IMG/VR virus record: IMGVR_UViG_3300040781_000188 | Span: 1-61,481 of that record | Reading direction: 5' to 3' (one strand) | DNA length: 61,481 nt | Source: a virus | Taxonomy: Duplodnaviria; Caudoviricetes | Program-made: the position numbers and the translations under genes | Shown here: positions 28,901 to 38,612 of the stretch, piece after piece | Layout: each line of letters opens with the position of its first letter | How positions within the stretch are numbered: position 1 is the first letter of the stretch | Notes under the pieces: generated by a model | The model's input: only the letters and a program-made list of their open reading frames with translations | What the model was told of the DNA's origin: nothing | The model's database searches: none

Positions 28901-30283
28901 ATTGTTGAAAAATTAGTAAATGGCGAGCAAATACCCCCTTATGAAAAAAGATATATCCATAAAGATGGGAGTGTTATAGATATTGAACTTGCTCCTTATC
29001 CTATTTCTGATGATTCTGGTAATGTTGTTGAATTATGGGGTATTGCAAAGAATTTAACGCCAGTTAGAAATGTTCAATTAGAAATAATAGAAAAAGAAAA
29101 ACAATTACGTCGGGCTTCTAAAATGGAAGCTGTTGGTACTTTAGCTGGTGGATTAGCTCATGACTTTAATAATATTATTCAAATAGTAAGTGGTAATGTT
29201 CAATTAATGCGTATGGATTTGGATTCTGACGGAAAAACTTCTGATTGGAGTAAAATGTTAAATGATATGTTAGAAGCTTCTGAGAGAGGAGCTGCTATTG
29301 CAAAACGTCTTTTAACTTTTAGTCGTCAAGTCGAAAGCCATCTTGTACCAATTGATATCAATGATGAAATTATTATTGCTCATAAATTATTAGACAGAAC
29401 TGCAACGTGGCCGGTTTTAGTTAATATTAAATTAGATCTTGATGAAGATATTTGTTTAATTTTAGCGGACTCTACACAGATTAATCAGATCGTTACAAAT
29501 CTATGTATTAATGCTAAAGATGCAATGCCTTCTGGTGGATCAATAACAATTAAAACTAGAGTTGCAGAATTAGATGAATTATATTGTCGTTCTCAACCTG
29601 AAGCTGTCCCGGGAAGATACGTTTGTATGGTAGTTGCTGATGATGGTATAGGTATGAAAGCTTCTATTCTTGAAAGAATATTTGAACCATTTTTCACAAC
29701 TAAAAGTACAGGAAAAGGAACAGGATTAGGTTTAGCTGTTGTTTATGGTATTGTTAAAAATCATAATGGTTTTATAACTGTATATAGCGAAGAAAATATC
29801 GGAACGGAGTTCAAAGTGTATGTGCCATGTACAGATCAAACTCTTAGAGAAAATAATAGTTCTTCTGTTTGTGATTTATCTCAAGGTAATAAAGAATTAA
29901 TACTTATTGTAGATGATGAGTCTAGTATACGGTTTATTCTTAAAGATATATTAAGAAGGTATAATTTTAAAGTTCTCGAAGCTAATAATGGAACTACTTG
30001 TTTAGATTTATATAGTAAATATATGGATAAAATAGAACTTGTTATTTTAGATCTAGTTATGCCTGGAATAAGCGGAACAGAAACATTAAAAGAAATTTTA
30101 AAGATTAATCCTGATGCTAAAGTTATTATTTCTAGTGGGTATTCGTCTAATGGTCCAGTTAAAGATTCAATTGAAAATGGAGCATATTCTTTTATAAATA
30201 AACCATATACATTAAATAATCTTATTAGTGTCATTAAGAGAGTTCTTAGTGGCAAAAGAGATGGAGTAGATGAGATATGTTAA
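25955..30283 (+). CDS. Membrane hybrid histidine kinase (periplasmic solute-binding domain, TM helices, PAS, GAF, 3 PAS, HisKA, HATPase, REC)
   Basis: [60 protein letters not shown]. Confidence 0.95.
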   Translation: MQKNVCRILLVILLLIIPTLSNANFKLRVGVYENYPVIFMDGDTPKGLFIDILEHVAKGEGWTLEYVKCDSWIECFQKVRFGGIDIHVGVAYSIERDDYLDYNKESILTYWTTIYQRPLGGINNILDLDGKTVAVMEGDYNAEEFINLTEEFDINCEYVWVKQPIEVFDKLVNNEVSAAIINSISGMVNSVDYDVRQTSIVFNPFGSFFVTREGKFPLVLQAIDDHIKIEKKDKLSYYHSRLNYWISKINPSYKIDLIFIYLFCGALGLVFIFLYFKEKETKAPIRISLVYLIIGTIWIVVSDNLMFGITDPENYRQFQTLKGILYVILTTCLIFVLIRHSIQRIRDNETRYSKVIQTVPHGMLELDKYGVIKLANTTFFEMIGYGNGELIGQKVQSFVDSKSIKDINEMLGSIRQGYPNKNTNWFGKAVTKRGRTIDIEVNWSYLYGDDHISGIVAVVTDNTEKNKIQIRSQVANEILNLLNRTIEIDETIQQCLDLLKDKLFISAVAVRLTKDGDYPYFKSQGFDEVFTEKEKCLLAVKEVICVDPHDEDCEHVLDCLCGCVIEYDEEISPTHFTEKGSFWSNNLCQFFQNLSIEDKERYHIRGSCEVAGFKSICLIPLRFGNRTIGLLQLNDRRVGVFTKDVINFFEGIADSLGIALYRKVTELELTKSERTLNAIFNAAPIGMGIINNRIFGVTNKHLHKMIGRGPEELFGKSARILYPTQEEYERVGREKHPQVEKYGIGWVETKFKHKDGTIKDIILSSSSIGEDGEMVFTSVDITERKNAEEKIIRSEVKYRGLFENMLDGFALHEIIVNGHGVPIDYRYLTVNPAFERITGFKKDYVEGKTVKTVLPKIEDHWIQRFGNVALTGESDNFEEEVMSMDNRVFEVTAYSPKTNQFAVLFQDITDRKRAENDLKEKNDQFDKLISGLFDGFVRVSLDRIVISANRAFCEMIGYTEDELKAITFENFTHPDDWVWEKPIVEKLVNGEQIPPYEKRYIHKDGSVIDIELAPYPISDDSGNVVELWGIAKNLTPVRNVQLEIIEKEKQLRRASKMEAVGTLAGGLAHDFNNIIQIVSGNVQLMRMDLDSDGKTSDWSKMLNDMLEASERGAAIAKRLLTFSRQVESHLVPIDINDEIIIAHKLLDRTATWPVLVNIKLDLDEDICLILADSTQINQIVTNLCINAKDAMPSGGSITIKTRVAELDELYCRSQPEAVPGRYVCMVVADDGIGMKASILERIFEPFFTTKSTGKGTGLGLAVVYGIVKNHNGFITVYSEENIGTEFKVYVPCTDQTLRENNSSSVCDLSQGNKELILIVDDESSIRFILKDILRRYNFKVLEANNGTTCLDLYSKYMDKIELVILDLVMPGISGTETLKEILKINPDAKVIISSGYSSNGPVKDSIENGAYSFINKPYTLNNLISVIKRVLSGKRDGVDEIC

Positions 30284-30519
30284 GCATTCACCATTTATTG
30301 GAAAGTAACATACTTCAGATTGGGCCGAATGCAGAAAGCGATGTTGAAGAACTTTCTCCAGAAGGCGATAAATTAGATAAACAAATTATTAAAAATGCGT
30401 TTACTGGTGGGGATCGTACTCATGGAGAAGTCGATCCAAAAGCATCGCCTCCGAATCCTGATGCAGCATATAAATATGTAAATACACCACTTGAAAGAAT
30501 TACTAAGACACGAATATAA
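30277..30519 (+). CDS. Small tagged protein (MLSIHHLLE)
   Basis: Overlaps the kinase stop; tag motif. Confidence 0.7.
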   Translation: MLSIHHLLESNILQIGPNAESDVEELSPEGDKLDKQIIKNAFTGGDRTHGEVDPKASPPNPDAAYKYVNTPLERITKTRI

Positions 30520-30649
30520 TTCTTGGGTGGCTAACAATCACTGGTTCTAATGTTTAATATATTAGGTAATGATATTATTATTATTAAAAATTATTTCTCC
30601 TAATTGCTTTGTTTATTTGTTAGTCACCCAATTTATTTTGGAGAGAATT

Positions 30650-31111
30650 ATGATAAGTTTATTTGACCAAGGATTCTTAAACAGAAACTGGGGCAAATTA
30701 GCTCTTGGTGGTGGAGCTCTTGCTGTAGGCTCGATGGTTGGTGATGACCCAGAGAATTTTAAAAGTGTTACAAAAAAAGCAATGACCTCTACTAAAAACA
30801 CGATACAAGACACCCCTAAATCGATTCCTAGAGTAATAAAAAATAACTCTAATTATAATGATTTTGGTAAAGCAACAACCGCTTGGAAAGAAAAAGGTGG
30901 TAAAGCTGTTATGCAAGTGAGGCAGAGACTTTCCAATATAGATCCGGATGCCGCCGTTCAAAAGGGAGCTAGAAAAATAGGACAAATAGCAAGAACAACT
31001 AAAGACTATACAGATCGAACTGCAGGTAGTTTTAGAAGTGGTTATTCTGCTAATATTCCTAAATTGCCTAGCGAAAAATACGATGCTCGAGGAAGGATTA
31101 CTGGCTTATAA
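30650..31111 (+). CDS. Tagged basic protein (MISLFDQ) with Gly-rich helix
   Basis: SD GGAG before ATG 30650. Confidence 0.7.
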   Translation: MISLFDQGFLNRNWGKLALGGGALAVGSMVGDDPENFKSVTKKAMTSTKNTIQDTPKSIPRVIKNNSNYNDFGKATTAWKEKGGKAVMQVRQRLSNIDPDAAVQKGARKIGQIARTTKDYTDRTAGSFRSGYSANIPKLPSEKYDARGRITGL

Positions 31112-31191
31112 TTAGGGTGAATTTAACTCTATTATAAGACTGGAAGGTTTCTTGAGTGTGAACTCTACCTTCCTTTATATTCCCTTGTAAC

Positions 31192-31222
31192 GGCGGGGGA
31201 GAAATAATCTCCCTCGCCTTCT
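31192..31222 (+). terminator. GC-rich hairpin, probable terminator
   Basis: GGCGGGGGAGA / TCTCCCTCGCC; weak U-tract. Confidence 0.55.
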
Positions 31223-31237
31223 CATTAGGAAGATAAT

Positions 31238-31870
31238 ATGTATGTAAAATTAAAAAACACATATAAAATACTACATGAAGCAGATTCAGATATCCGATTA
31301 GATATTACTAAAGATGCTGCTAGTATTTCTAATAAATTTAAAATAAAGCCTCAAGGGTTTATTTTACAAGATACATACAATAATCCTTTCCTCCCTGTTA
31401 GACCAAGACCTAGAGTCGATACATCTAAAATGGATCTTGTTGAAGTCTTTAAAAGAGTTCGTGAATTGTATGGAAGATTTTCGATGAGCTTTCTTCCATG
31501 GCATTATGTTTGTGAACTTGTTGGTGATAGGTATTATGTTTTTAATACTAGACCAATAGACTTACAATTTCCAATGACGACTAATGATGTTTTGAGGTTT
31601 AAGGAAAGAAAGAAAACTTGGGATAATGTGACTAATATTTTTATGAATGATAGAGTTTTTGATATTAGTGAAGCTATTCATATATGCATTATCGGAGATA
31701 CTAATTTAGATGTTTATCCAAAAAAGATTTATGAACAAATAGGCAGAACGTGCATGGTCCCTTTTGTTAGGTATTTTAAATTACCAGAAGGGTTATTTCA
31801 GCGCACGTTTCCATTTAATATTGGCAAACGATTTAATATGAACTTATTGACTAAATTTGTGAGACGGTAA
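31238..31870 (+). CDS. Hypothetical protein, possibly a degenerate amidase_2 fold
   Basis: LPWHYV and AIHICIIGD resemble N-acetylmuramoyl-L-alanine amidase motifs. Confidence 0.45.
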   Translation: MYVKLKNTYKILHEADSDIRLDITKDAASISNKFKIKPQGFILQDTYNNPFLPVRPRPRVDTSKMDLVEVFKRVRELYGRFSMSFLPWHYVCELVGDRYYVFNTRPIDLQFPMTTNDVLRFKERKKTWDNVTNIFMNDRVFDISEAIHICIIGDTNLDVYPKKIYEQIGRTCMVPFVRYFKLPEGLFQRTFPFNIGKRFNMNLLTKFVRR

Positions 31871-32103
31871 TGAAAGACTTATTTCTTTTATCATTGCTAT
31901 TTATTTCATTTCTTTTTTCGTCTTGTACTTATTGTAAATCACGAAAATATATTTCGTATCAAGATAAATTAAAAATTGACAAACAAATTCAATTAATAAA
32001 AGAATTAGCAACCGATTGTAGATATGGAGATTTTATAAAATGTTACCAAATTAACCCGGAAATTGAGAATTTAGAATCGATGTTAGAATCCAATGATTTA
32101 TAA
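31870..32103 (+). CDS. Small putative lipoprotein
   Basis: Hydrophobic leader ending FSSC. Confidence 0.55.
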   Translation: MKDLFLLSLLFISFLFSSCTYCKSRKYISYQDKLKIDKQIQLIKELATDCRYGDFIKCYQINPEIENLESMLESNDL

Positions 32104-32172
32104 CAAATTCTAAGTTTGTATAGAAATTTTATAAGTGGTGTCAATTACTTATAATTTCCGAGGAGAAATGAA

Positions 32173-33459
32173 GTGACAACTGTTTGTGCAGAAGTGAGAC
32201 CTGAGTCCCAATCTTTATGTGAAAACAGTTTAAGGACAGATTCAGTGCAAGATAATTCATACATCATACTTAAAAATTATTTAGGTGGGGAATTAAAAAA
32301 TTTCAGTAAAGAGAACTCAAGACCTGTTATAGGTTGTTTGAGATCAAGGACATTAAAGAAGTATGTTGAGAAACTTAGGAGTGTGCATTGTCAGTCTTTA
32401 GTAAATAGATCTGCGGTTGTCGAAGATTTATTTATTTTACAACAAACCGTCTTGTGTCTTTATAGGTATAATACTGAATTTTTAAATCTCTCTTATCCCG
32501 AATATCGCTCTAAAGTTTTATATCCTAATGTGATATATATTTTGCTACGATTATTGACAAATGGGCATAAATTTTTACAAACCGCGATTAGGAGTGTGTA
32601 TAACGAAATATGTAGAAAGTCCTACAGTGTCGTTTATTCACACATTAATACATTTTATCTAGATCATGATGTTATTAAAACAGATGTATTGTATGAATTT
32701 CTTGGTAATGGATTAAAGAAATTTAACCCACTAGATGTTGATGATATAACTGTGTTTTATAAGTGTGTATTTAGAAATATTTTTCAATATTATTTTAGAA
32801 AAGAGAAGAGAATAAATACTGTGTATGATTCTGTTTGGGAAATAGAACAATCTGTCGATAGTATAGTTTCTATTCCGGTCAGATTAGGATTATATCGTGA
32901 TGTATTATATGATTTACAAACTCTAAAATTTTATGAAAAATCGCCGACTATGTTACAATTAAGTTATAACTATAAAGTGTTTAAGAATGTTATAACTTCT
33001 AACGAATTTCAAGGTGTTTATTTTGGTTGCGAAAGAGATAGTTCTATCATTAATAATGATGAATATAAATTAATGAAGTTTTATGATGATGATATTGAAA
33101 GTAATGGAGTATTAGAGAAAATAAAAAAGTTACCAACAATCTATAAATTATTAAAGTGTGTTCATATAATTAATCCGAACAGTAGACCATATAATGAAAT
33201 GTTAATAAAACCAAAGGTCGTACAAACTGCGGTTTTAGAAGAACTAGCATATCCTTTCAGAAATATGTTCAATGAAGACTATATCTATGGTATACTTGAT
33301 AAAATTGCAGAAAATTTTACAAAGACAATACTCTCTGGTGAATATGTAAATTTGTTTACTCTTTCAAATGTTAAAATAGATCAAATAACCTTTACACAAC
33401 AATTGAAAAAATTTATAGGTATATGTTTAACAGAATCAGGGAGAAGGAATGACGAATGA
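32173..33459 (+). CDS. Hypothetical protein
   Basis: 428-aa ORF, SD GAGGAG, GTG start. Confidence 0.7.
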   Translation: MTTVCAEVRPESQSLCENSLRTDSVQDNSYIILKNYLGGELKNFSKENSRPVIGCLRSRTLKKYVEKLRSVHCQSLVNRSAVVEDLFILQQTVLCLYRYNTEFLNLSYPEYRSKVLYPNVIYILLRLLTNGHKFLQTAIRSVYNEICRKSYSVVYSHINTFYLDHDVIKTDVLYEFLGNGLKKFNPLDVDDITVFYKCVFRNIFQYYFRKEKRINTVYDSVWEIEQSVDSIVSIPVRLGLYRDVLYDLQTLKFYEKSPTMLQLSYNYKVFKNVITSNEFQGVYFGCERDSSIINNDEYKLMKFYDDDIESNGVLEKIKKLPTIYKLLKCVHIINPNSRPYNEMLIKPKVVQTAVLEELAYPFRNMFNEDYIYGILDKIAENFTKTILSGEYVNLFTLSNVKIDQITFTQQLKKFIGICLTESGRRNDE

Positions 33460-33988
33460 TGAATTAAAAAATGCAGATGCTTCGACATCAGATACTTATG
33501 ATTATATTGGTGATGATTTTTCTAAACAAAAGAGTGAATTAGAAAAACAAATTATTGTCATGACGACAAGACAATCTGAAATTCAAAATCATATTCTTGC
33601 AATAGAACAAAATATTTCGTTTCTTAATAGCTATATAGCTAAGAATAAAGAGGATCAAGAGAAACAAAGAGTTGGGCGAGGAGCAATATCAAAGAATATT
33701 GAATTACTTGCAAAATTATATCAAGTGTACAGAGAATTCGAAGATACAAAGGTTCGTTATTATAAGAATATTTCTGATGACACATATAGATTTCATCATT
33801 TAATCTCTGTTGATATTAGGAGAATAGATGAAAAATTTTCAGCTGTTGAAGGTGGAGATTTCTTTGGTGTTATAAAAGAAATGATGAATTTAATTCAACA
33901 TGTTCAAAATGAACATGGTGGAAAGATTCCCTTGACAGAGGATCTTCAAGGAGATTTAGTAAAAACAAATCCGGAGTATGACTTATGA
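33449..33988 (+). CDS. Coiled-coil hypothetical protein
   Basis: 179-aa ORF coupled to neighbours. Confidence 0.7.
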   Translation: MTNDELKNADASTSDTYDYIGDDFSKQKSELEKQIIVMTTRQSEIQNHILAIEQNISFLNSYIAKNKEDQEKQRVGRGAISKNIELLAKLYQVYREFEDTKVRYYKNISDDTYRFHHLISVDIRRIDEKFSAVEGGDFFGVIKEMMNLIQHVQNEHGGKIPLTEDLQGDLVKTNPEYDL

Positions 33989-34230
33989 TTTCTATTCGAT
34001 ATTTATTTGAAACGTCAAAATATAAGCCTTGGATGGTAGGCACACCTGTACAAATAGGTGGTCCTGGGTATCCAACTGGGGATTTAAGACTAACTAAGGC
34101 GCCACCGGGTCAAATGTTGGCTTTACAAAAAAATGCAGAGCAGTTAACTAATGTTCAAAATGCTGAAATGAAAAAAGAATTAAGAAGGAAAAGGAATCTT
34201 ACTCCAGCAGAACTTGCTAGCGGAGCATAG
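33985..34230 (+). CDS. Small tagged protein (MISIRYLFE)
   Basis: ATGA overlap; tag motif. Confidence 0.7.
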   Translation: MISIRYLFETSKYKPWMVGTPVQIGGPGYPTGDLRLTKAPPGQMLALQKNAEQLTNVQNAEMKKELRRKRNLTPAELASGA

Positions 34231-34239
34231 GAGATTATA

Positions 34240-34473
34240 ATGTTATCTCTGTCTAAATATTACAACAAAATAGAAGAACGGGATATGGTTGTGATAAGAA
34301 GAATTGAACGAAAAGAATCTTATCCTCCAAAACCCGATGATGGTGAAGATGAAGTAGAAACTGTTTCAACTCCAGAAGAGGATGTTTCTGTTGTAAAAGG
34401 TAAAGAAATAAATAAAACAACTGGTGAAGAGATAGAAAAAGAACCTGTCGTAATAAGGCGAATGAAGAAATAA
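34240..34473 (+). CDS. Small tagged protein (MLSLSKYYNKIEE)
   Basis: SD GGAG; VVIRR at both ends. Confidence 0.7.
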   Translation: MLSLSKYYNKIEERDMVVIRRIERKESYPPKPDDGEDEVETVSTPEEDVSVVKGKEINKTTGEEIEKEPVVIRRMKK

Positions 34474-34494
34474 CAGTTTTGGAGGCGAACTATA

Positions 34495-35948
34495 ATGGCA
34501 AGAAAGAATCAAACTGTAAATACACAAGACTTATCGACCCTAGAATTAGCAGATCAAAACCTTACAGATAAACTAGGGGAAGCATTTGATAAAATTATTG
34601 AAAGAGATTTTGGACATTTGATGGCTCCAGAACCTATTGTAACACCATTCGGAGTGCAACATTTAGATGCACTCTTAGGTGGCGGTATAGTATCATCTGA
34701 CCCTATTCTCTTCAGCAGTACACCAGAAACAGGTAAGTCCACTTTAGCTTTTCAATTTAGTAAAGCTTTTCAAATGTTATATCCTAACTCGGTTGTTGTG
34801 TATTTAGATATTGAAGGATCTGGAAATAAGAAAGAAAGTGAATTCAGACAATCTAGACAAGAAATCTTTGATTAGACTTAAATCGTTTTAAGCATGAACC
34901 TATCGTAGTAACTGTTGATGGTGTTTTTGAATTAATGGAACGTTTGATTCAAATTAAACAACAGTTTGAAGAAAAACTAAACAAACAGTTTTATATTGCT
35001 TTTATTTGGGATAGTATTGCGTCGACTCCTATCCCTAAAACTTTAGAAGCTGAAAATCCAAATTCTATTATTGGAGCTAAGGCTAGACAAGTTAGTTTTC
35101 TTTTGGACAAATATACTCCTCTAATTAAATTTAACAAGGTTACTTTAATTTGTATAGATCAGATTAGAGCTAATATTAAAATTGATGGCCCATATGTTCA
35201 ACAAGAGAAATCTGTTGGTACATTTAAAGATTATAAATCCGCAACTAATATTTATGCATTACAACATAGAACTCAGCAGTGGATTTTTCTAAGTAAAAAG
35301 AAAGTTTTGCCACCATCTGAAGGACTAGGTATTGATGGATGGTATATGGATATTTATACTGAGAAGAATAAACTTGCTCCGAGTCAACATGCTGTTACTT
35401 GTGTATTTGATAAAAAGACAGGCATTCATAAGTTTTGGTCTGAGTTTACATTTCTTATGGAACCTACTCCGAGTGAGAAAAAGATTTATAAGAGCTCTCC
35501 TCCTGCTTCATTATTTATGATGAAGAAAGTATCTCCAAGGGTTAAACTTGTCGTAACAGATGAACATGGAACTAAAATGTGGGAGAGTGAACCGTTCTAC
35601 AGAAAAAACGCAAATGAAAAATATGAATCAGATCCTGAATTTGCAAAATGGTTTGATTATGCTGTTCAAGTGAGTGTGTATAATAGAATTACTCAAGGTA
35701 TATTCAAATGTGATCAAGGTCAATATGATGCCGTTTCTGATGAATGTACTATTGACCCAACAGTCCATAATGTCTTAGTAGATACTTTGGGTGATGAAGA
35801 TACTGTCGGTGCAGCTCCGGAAATACAGAATGAAACGCAAGAGCCTCAGGAAGAAGTAGAACAAGTTGGTGAGGAATTTTTCCTCGGACAACCAGCTGTT
35901 GAAGCAAAATCTGGGTATAAATCTGTATTTGAATCAGATACGCCGTAA
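34495..35948 (+). pseudogene. uvsX: RecA/UvsX-like recombinase interrupted by a 1-nt frameshift near 34870 (real or sequence error)
   Basis: LDALLGGG, PETGKST, YLDIE in the first ORF; IWDSIA, IDQIR, EKNK in the second; adding one G gives IFGLDLNRF. Confidence 0.8.
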
Positions 35949-35955
35949 CCAAATT

Positions 35956-36022
35956 GAGTCGGGAAGGATTGATAGTCGTGTGTCTGACAACTCCTTCATT
36001 CTATTCTTTCCGACTCTTTTTT
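35956..36022 (+). terminator. Long-loop intrinsic terminator
   Basis: GAGTCGGGAAGGA / TTCTTTCCGACTC followed by T6. Confidence 0.7.
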
Positions 36023-36036
36023 AATGGGAGACCACA

Positions 36037-36924
36037 ATGGATGTGCCGTTTCTGAAAACCACTATCGAAGCATATATTGCAAAAAATAGAATGCGCGAAA
36101 GATTAAATAGCAATGATGTTTTTGAAGAAGTTTATTCTCTCGTTACTCTTATTCGAGAACAAGATATAGAACTATACCATAAATTATATGATACTGGTCG
36201 AATGACACAAGTGTCAATTATTGATGATTATTTAAATATGACATACCGAGAAGATGAATTAGATTCAATTAAAGAATCTATTGGGTTAGGAATTGGTTTA
36301 ACTCTTAGTGCTATTGTAATGTATTTAAAAGGCGAACCTCTTACTAGAGCAGGGTTTAAGATTTTAGATAAAATCGCTTCTGGATTTGAGAAGTTGGGGG
36401 CATTTCTATCAAGACGTGGCAGATATTGGAAATTTAGTTATGCTATTATTAGACAAAACGCTGATAAGTGTTATAAAAAATGTGGCATTAAAGAAGAAGA
36501 TATAACGAGTATGATGTATTTTTCAACAAGATCTAATACTCATAGTAAAATGCCAGCGTCTGGTAAATCCTTAGAAAAAGGAAACTGTTTGGCTGAATGT
36601 TATGTTAATTCCACTATTGAAGTTATTGTATTAACCACTAAAAGTTATTTTGTTTGTTTGAAGAAGACTGGTGATTTTTCGGTAGTTGAAAAGTTAAGAC
36701 CGGATGATACTATAAAAATTATTTCTGGGTTAAAGCTTTCTTCTGCATGTGATGAATATTACAAAGAAATGCAATATCTTTTTAAAGAATTTAATCAATT
36801 ATTAGATCATGTGTATGGAAATAATCGTGACGAGAAACAGAAGGCCCTTATTAGATTAAGAAACTCTCTTATTGAAGCCAGAAATCAAATTTCAAAAACT
36901 AACGATGTTAGACGATTTAATTAG
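36037..36924 (+). CDS. Hypothetical protein
   Basis: 295-aa ORF, SD GGGAG. Confidence 0.7.
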   Translation: MDVPFLKTTIEAYIAKNRMRERLNSNDVFEEVYSLVTLIREQDIELYHKLYDTGRMTQVSIIDDYLNMTYREDELDSIKESIGLGIGLTLSAIVMYLKGEPLTRAGFKILDKIASGFEKLGAFLSRRGRYWKFSYAIIRQNADKCYKKCGIKEEDITSMMYFSTRSNTHSKMPASGKSLEKGNCLAECYVNSTIEVIVLTTKSYFVCLKKTGDFSVVEKLRPDDTIKIISGLKLSSACDEYYKEMQYLFKEFNQLLDHVYGNNRDEKQKALIRLRNSLIEARNQISKTNDVRRFN

Positions 36925-36937
36925 GAGATTTTGACAA

Positions 36938-37261
36938 ATGGAAAAGGAAGACATTAATTTTTTTGACGGACTAAGCGATGAAGAATTGATGAAGGAAAGT
37001 ATTAGTCTTATTGATTTTATGGAACCTGATGAGATTGATGAGAGTCTTCGTATGTCTATTACTAAAATAGATCGCAAGGATAAGCTTGCTCGTCTTGGCG
37101 GATCTATGGCTGCTAAATTAGCCAAGGAAAGAAACGACCCCGATTACAAAAAGATGATTAAATTTAAAAAATTATGGATTAAATACAAAGAAAAAGTAAT
37201 GAGAAAATATGGAATGCGTGGTAAGCAAGCTGCTCGTAAAGCTGCGATGAAAACTAAATAG
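36938..37261 (+). CDS. Acidic-N/basic-C small protein, putative virion protein
   Basis: Charge switch at IDE-SLR. Confidence 0.7.
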   Translation: MEKEDINFFDGLSDEELMKESISLIDFMEPDEIDESLRMSITKIDRKDKLARLGGSMAAKLAKERNDPDYKKMIKFKKLWIKYKEKVMRKYGMRGKQAARKAAMKTK

Positions 37262-37285
37262 TTTTTAATTTTAAGGGAGAGTATT

Positions 37286-37702
37286 ATGTCATATCAAACG
37301 TTTGTGGAGAAGAATAAGGTTAATGGTGTAGAGAAAGTAACTATCGAAGAAGCTGTTGAAAATTGGAACGCATTATCTCTTGAAGAACGTGCAGAATTAA
37401 TTCAAGAAGTGAAAGAAGAAAACGATCCCGAGCAAATTAAATTTCTTAGAGAAGTTTCTGAAAAAGCCAAAACAAAACCGGGAACTGAAGTTGGTGGATC
37501 TGGTGATGTTACAGGTGATGACCTTACAGTTAAAAAAGGTGGTAAAGGCGAAGACATTGTTGATGATCCTAATGCTTCCACATCGAATGTATTAAAGGTT
37601 GCACAAGCTGCCGGTATTGGTGCTGGAGTTGGTGCTATGTCTTTAGCTAAGAAACTTCGTAGAGAGCAGGCTTCCGAATCTAAAACTTCTGGGAATGAAT
37701 AA
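37286..37702 (+). CDS. Putative internal head protein (MSYQTFVE), paralog A
   Basis: LSLEERAELI.EVKE and AGVGAMSLAKKLRR shared with the next gene. Confidence 0.75.
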   Translation: MSYQTFVEKNKVNGVEKVTIEEAVENWNALSLEERAELIQEVKEENDPEQIKFLREVSEKAKTKPGTEVGGSGDVTGDDLTVKKGGKGEDIVDDPNASTSNVLKVAQAAGIGAGVGAMSLAKKLRREQASESKTSGNE

Positions 37703-37729
37703 TTTATAACAAATTATTATGGGGGAATT

Positions 37730-38503
37730 ATGTCATATCAAACATTATTGGAAAATTTGAAAACTGGTGAAGAAGTTGTTACTGAAGAAGTTGAAATTAA
37801 CGAACTTACTTTAGGTTGGTTATGTCTCTCTCTCGAAGAGCGTGCAGAACTGATTAAAGAAGTAAAAGAAAAAGGCACAGATTTTACAAAGCAACTTCTT
37901 AGAGAAATTGTTGAAGATGCTAAAGCTAATCAAGAAGTTTACGAAGCACGTTATATGCCAGCTGAAGAATGGGATAAACTAGAGGCTGCTGCCAGAGACA
38001 CTGCTAAACGTATTCCAAAAGAAGAATGGGGTAAAACTTTAAAGAAGGTAGATGATAGAATTGATGCTGATCAAGCCCTAACTAAAAAACTTAGTAATGT
38101 CCCGCTTATAGGTAAAACAGCGAAAAACTTCGGAAGTGGCGCAGGTTCGGCAGAGGCTGGAATTAAAGCAGCTAGGGCGACTAATGCTCTTGGTGCTTCT
38201 CCGGAAACAAGTACTAGGGTTGGTATAAAAGTTGCACGTGGAGTCGAAGGTGCAAAAGAAGCCGCAGATGCTGTGAAAGGTGCTGCTGGTAAAGTGGGAT
38301 CAGCTATTTCTGGCGCTGCTAGTAAAGCTGCTAGTAAAGCTGAAGATGTTGGTGAGAAACTTGCTGATTTTGCTAAAGAAAAAGGTGGTAAAACGGGAGC
38401 CATTATTGGGGCATCCACTGCTGCCGGATTAGGTGCTCTTGCTTTAGCTAAGAAACTTCGTGCTAAGAAGGCGGAAAGTTCTCCCGCTGCAGCTGCGAAA
38501 TAG
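37730..38503 (+). CDS. Putative internal head protein (MSYQTLLE), paralog B
   Basis: LSLEERAELI.EVKE and AGLGALALAKKLR; Ala/Lys-rich. Confidence 0.75.
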   Translation: MSYQTLLENLKTGEEVVTEEVEINELTLGWLCLSLEERAELIKEVKEKGTDFTKQLLREIVEDAKANQEVYEARYMPAEEWDKLEAAARDTAKRIPKEEWGKTLKKVDDRIDADQALTKKLSNVPLIGKTAKNFGSGAGSAEAGIKAARATNALGASPETSTRVGIKVARGVEGAKEAADAVKGAAGKVGSAISGAASKAASKAEDVGEKLADFAKEKGGKTGAIIGASTAAGLGALALAKKLRAKKAESSPAAAAK

Positions 38504-38516
38504 ATTGATTTTAATA

Positions 38517-38536
38517 GGGGAGGTTAACGCCTCCCC
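38517..38536 (+). terminator. GC hairpin after paralog pair
   Basis: GGGGAGG TTAACG CCTCCCC. Confidence 0.55.
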
Positions 38537-38612
38537 GATAAAATTAAATTCAAAAGTTATATAGAAATAGTTTTATTATACTTATAATATAATAAAACTT
38601 AAACAGGAGGTC

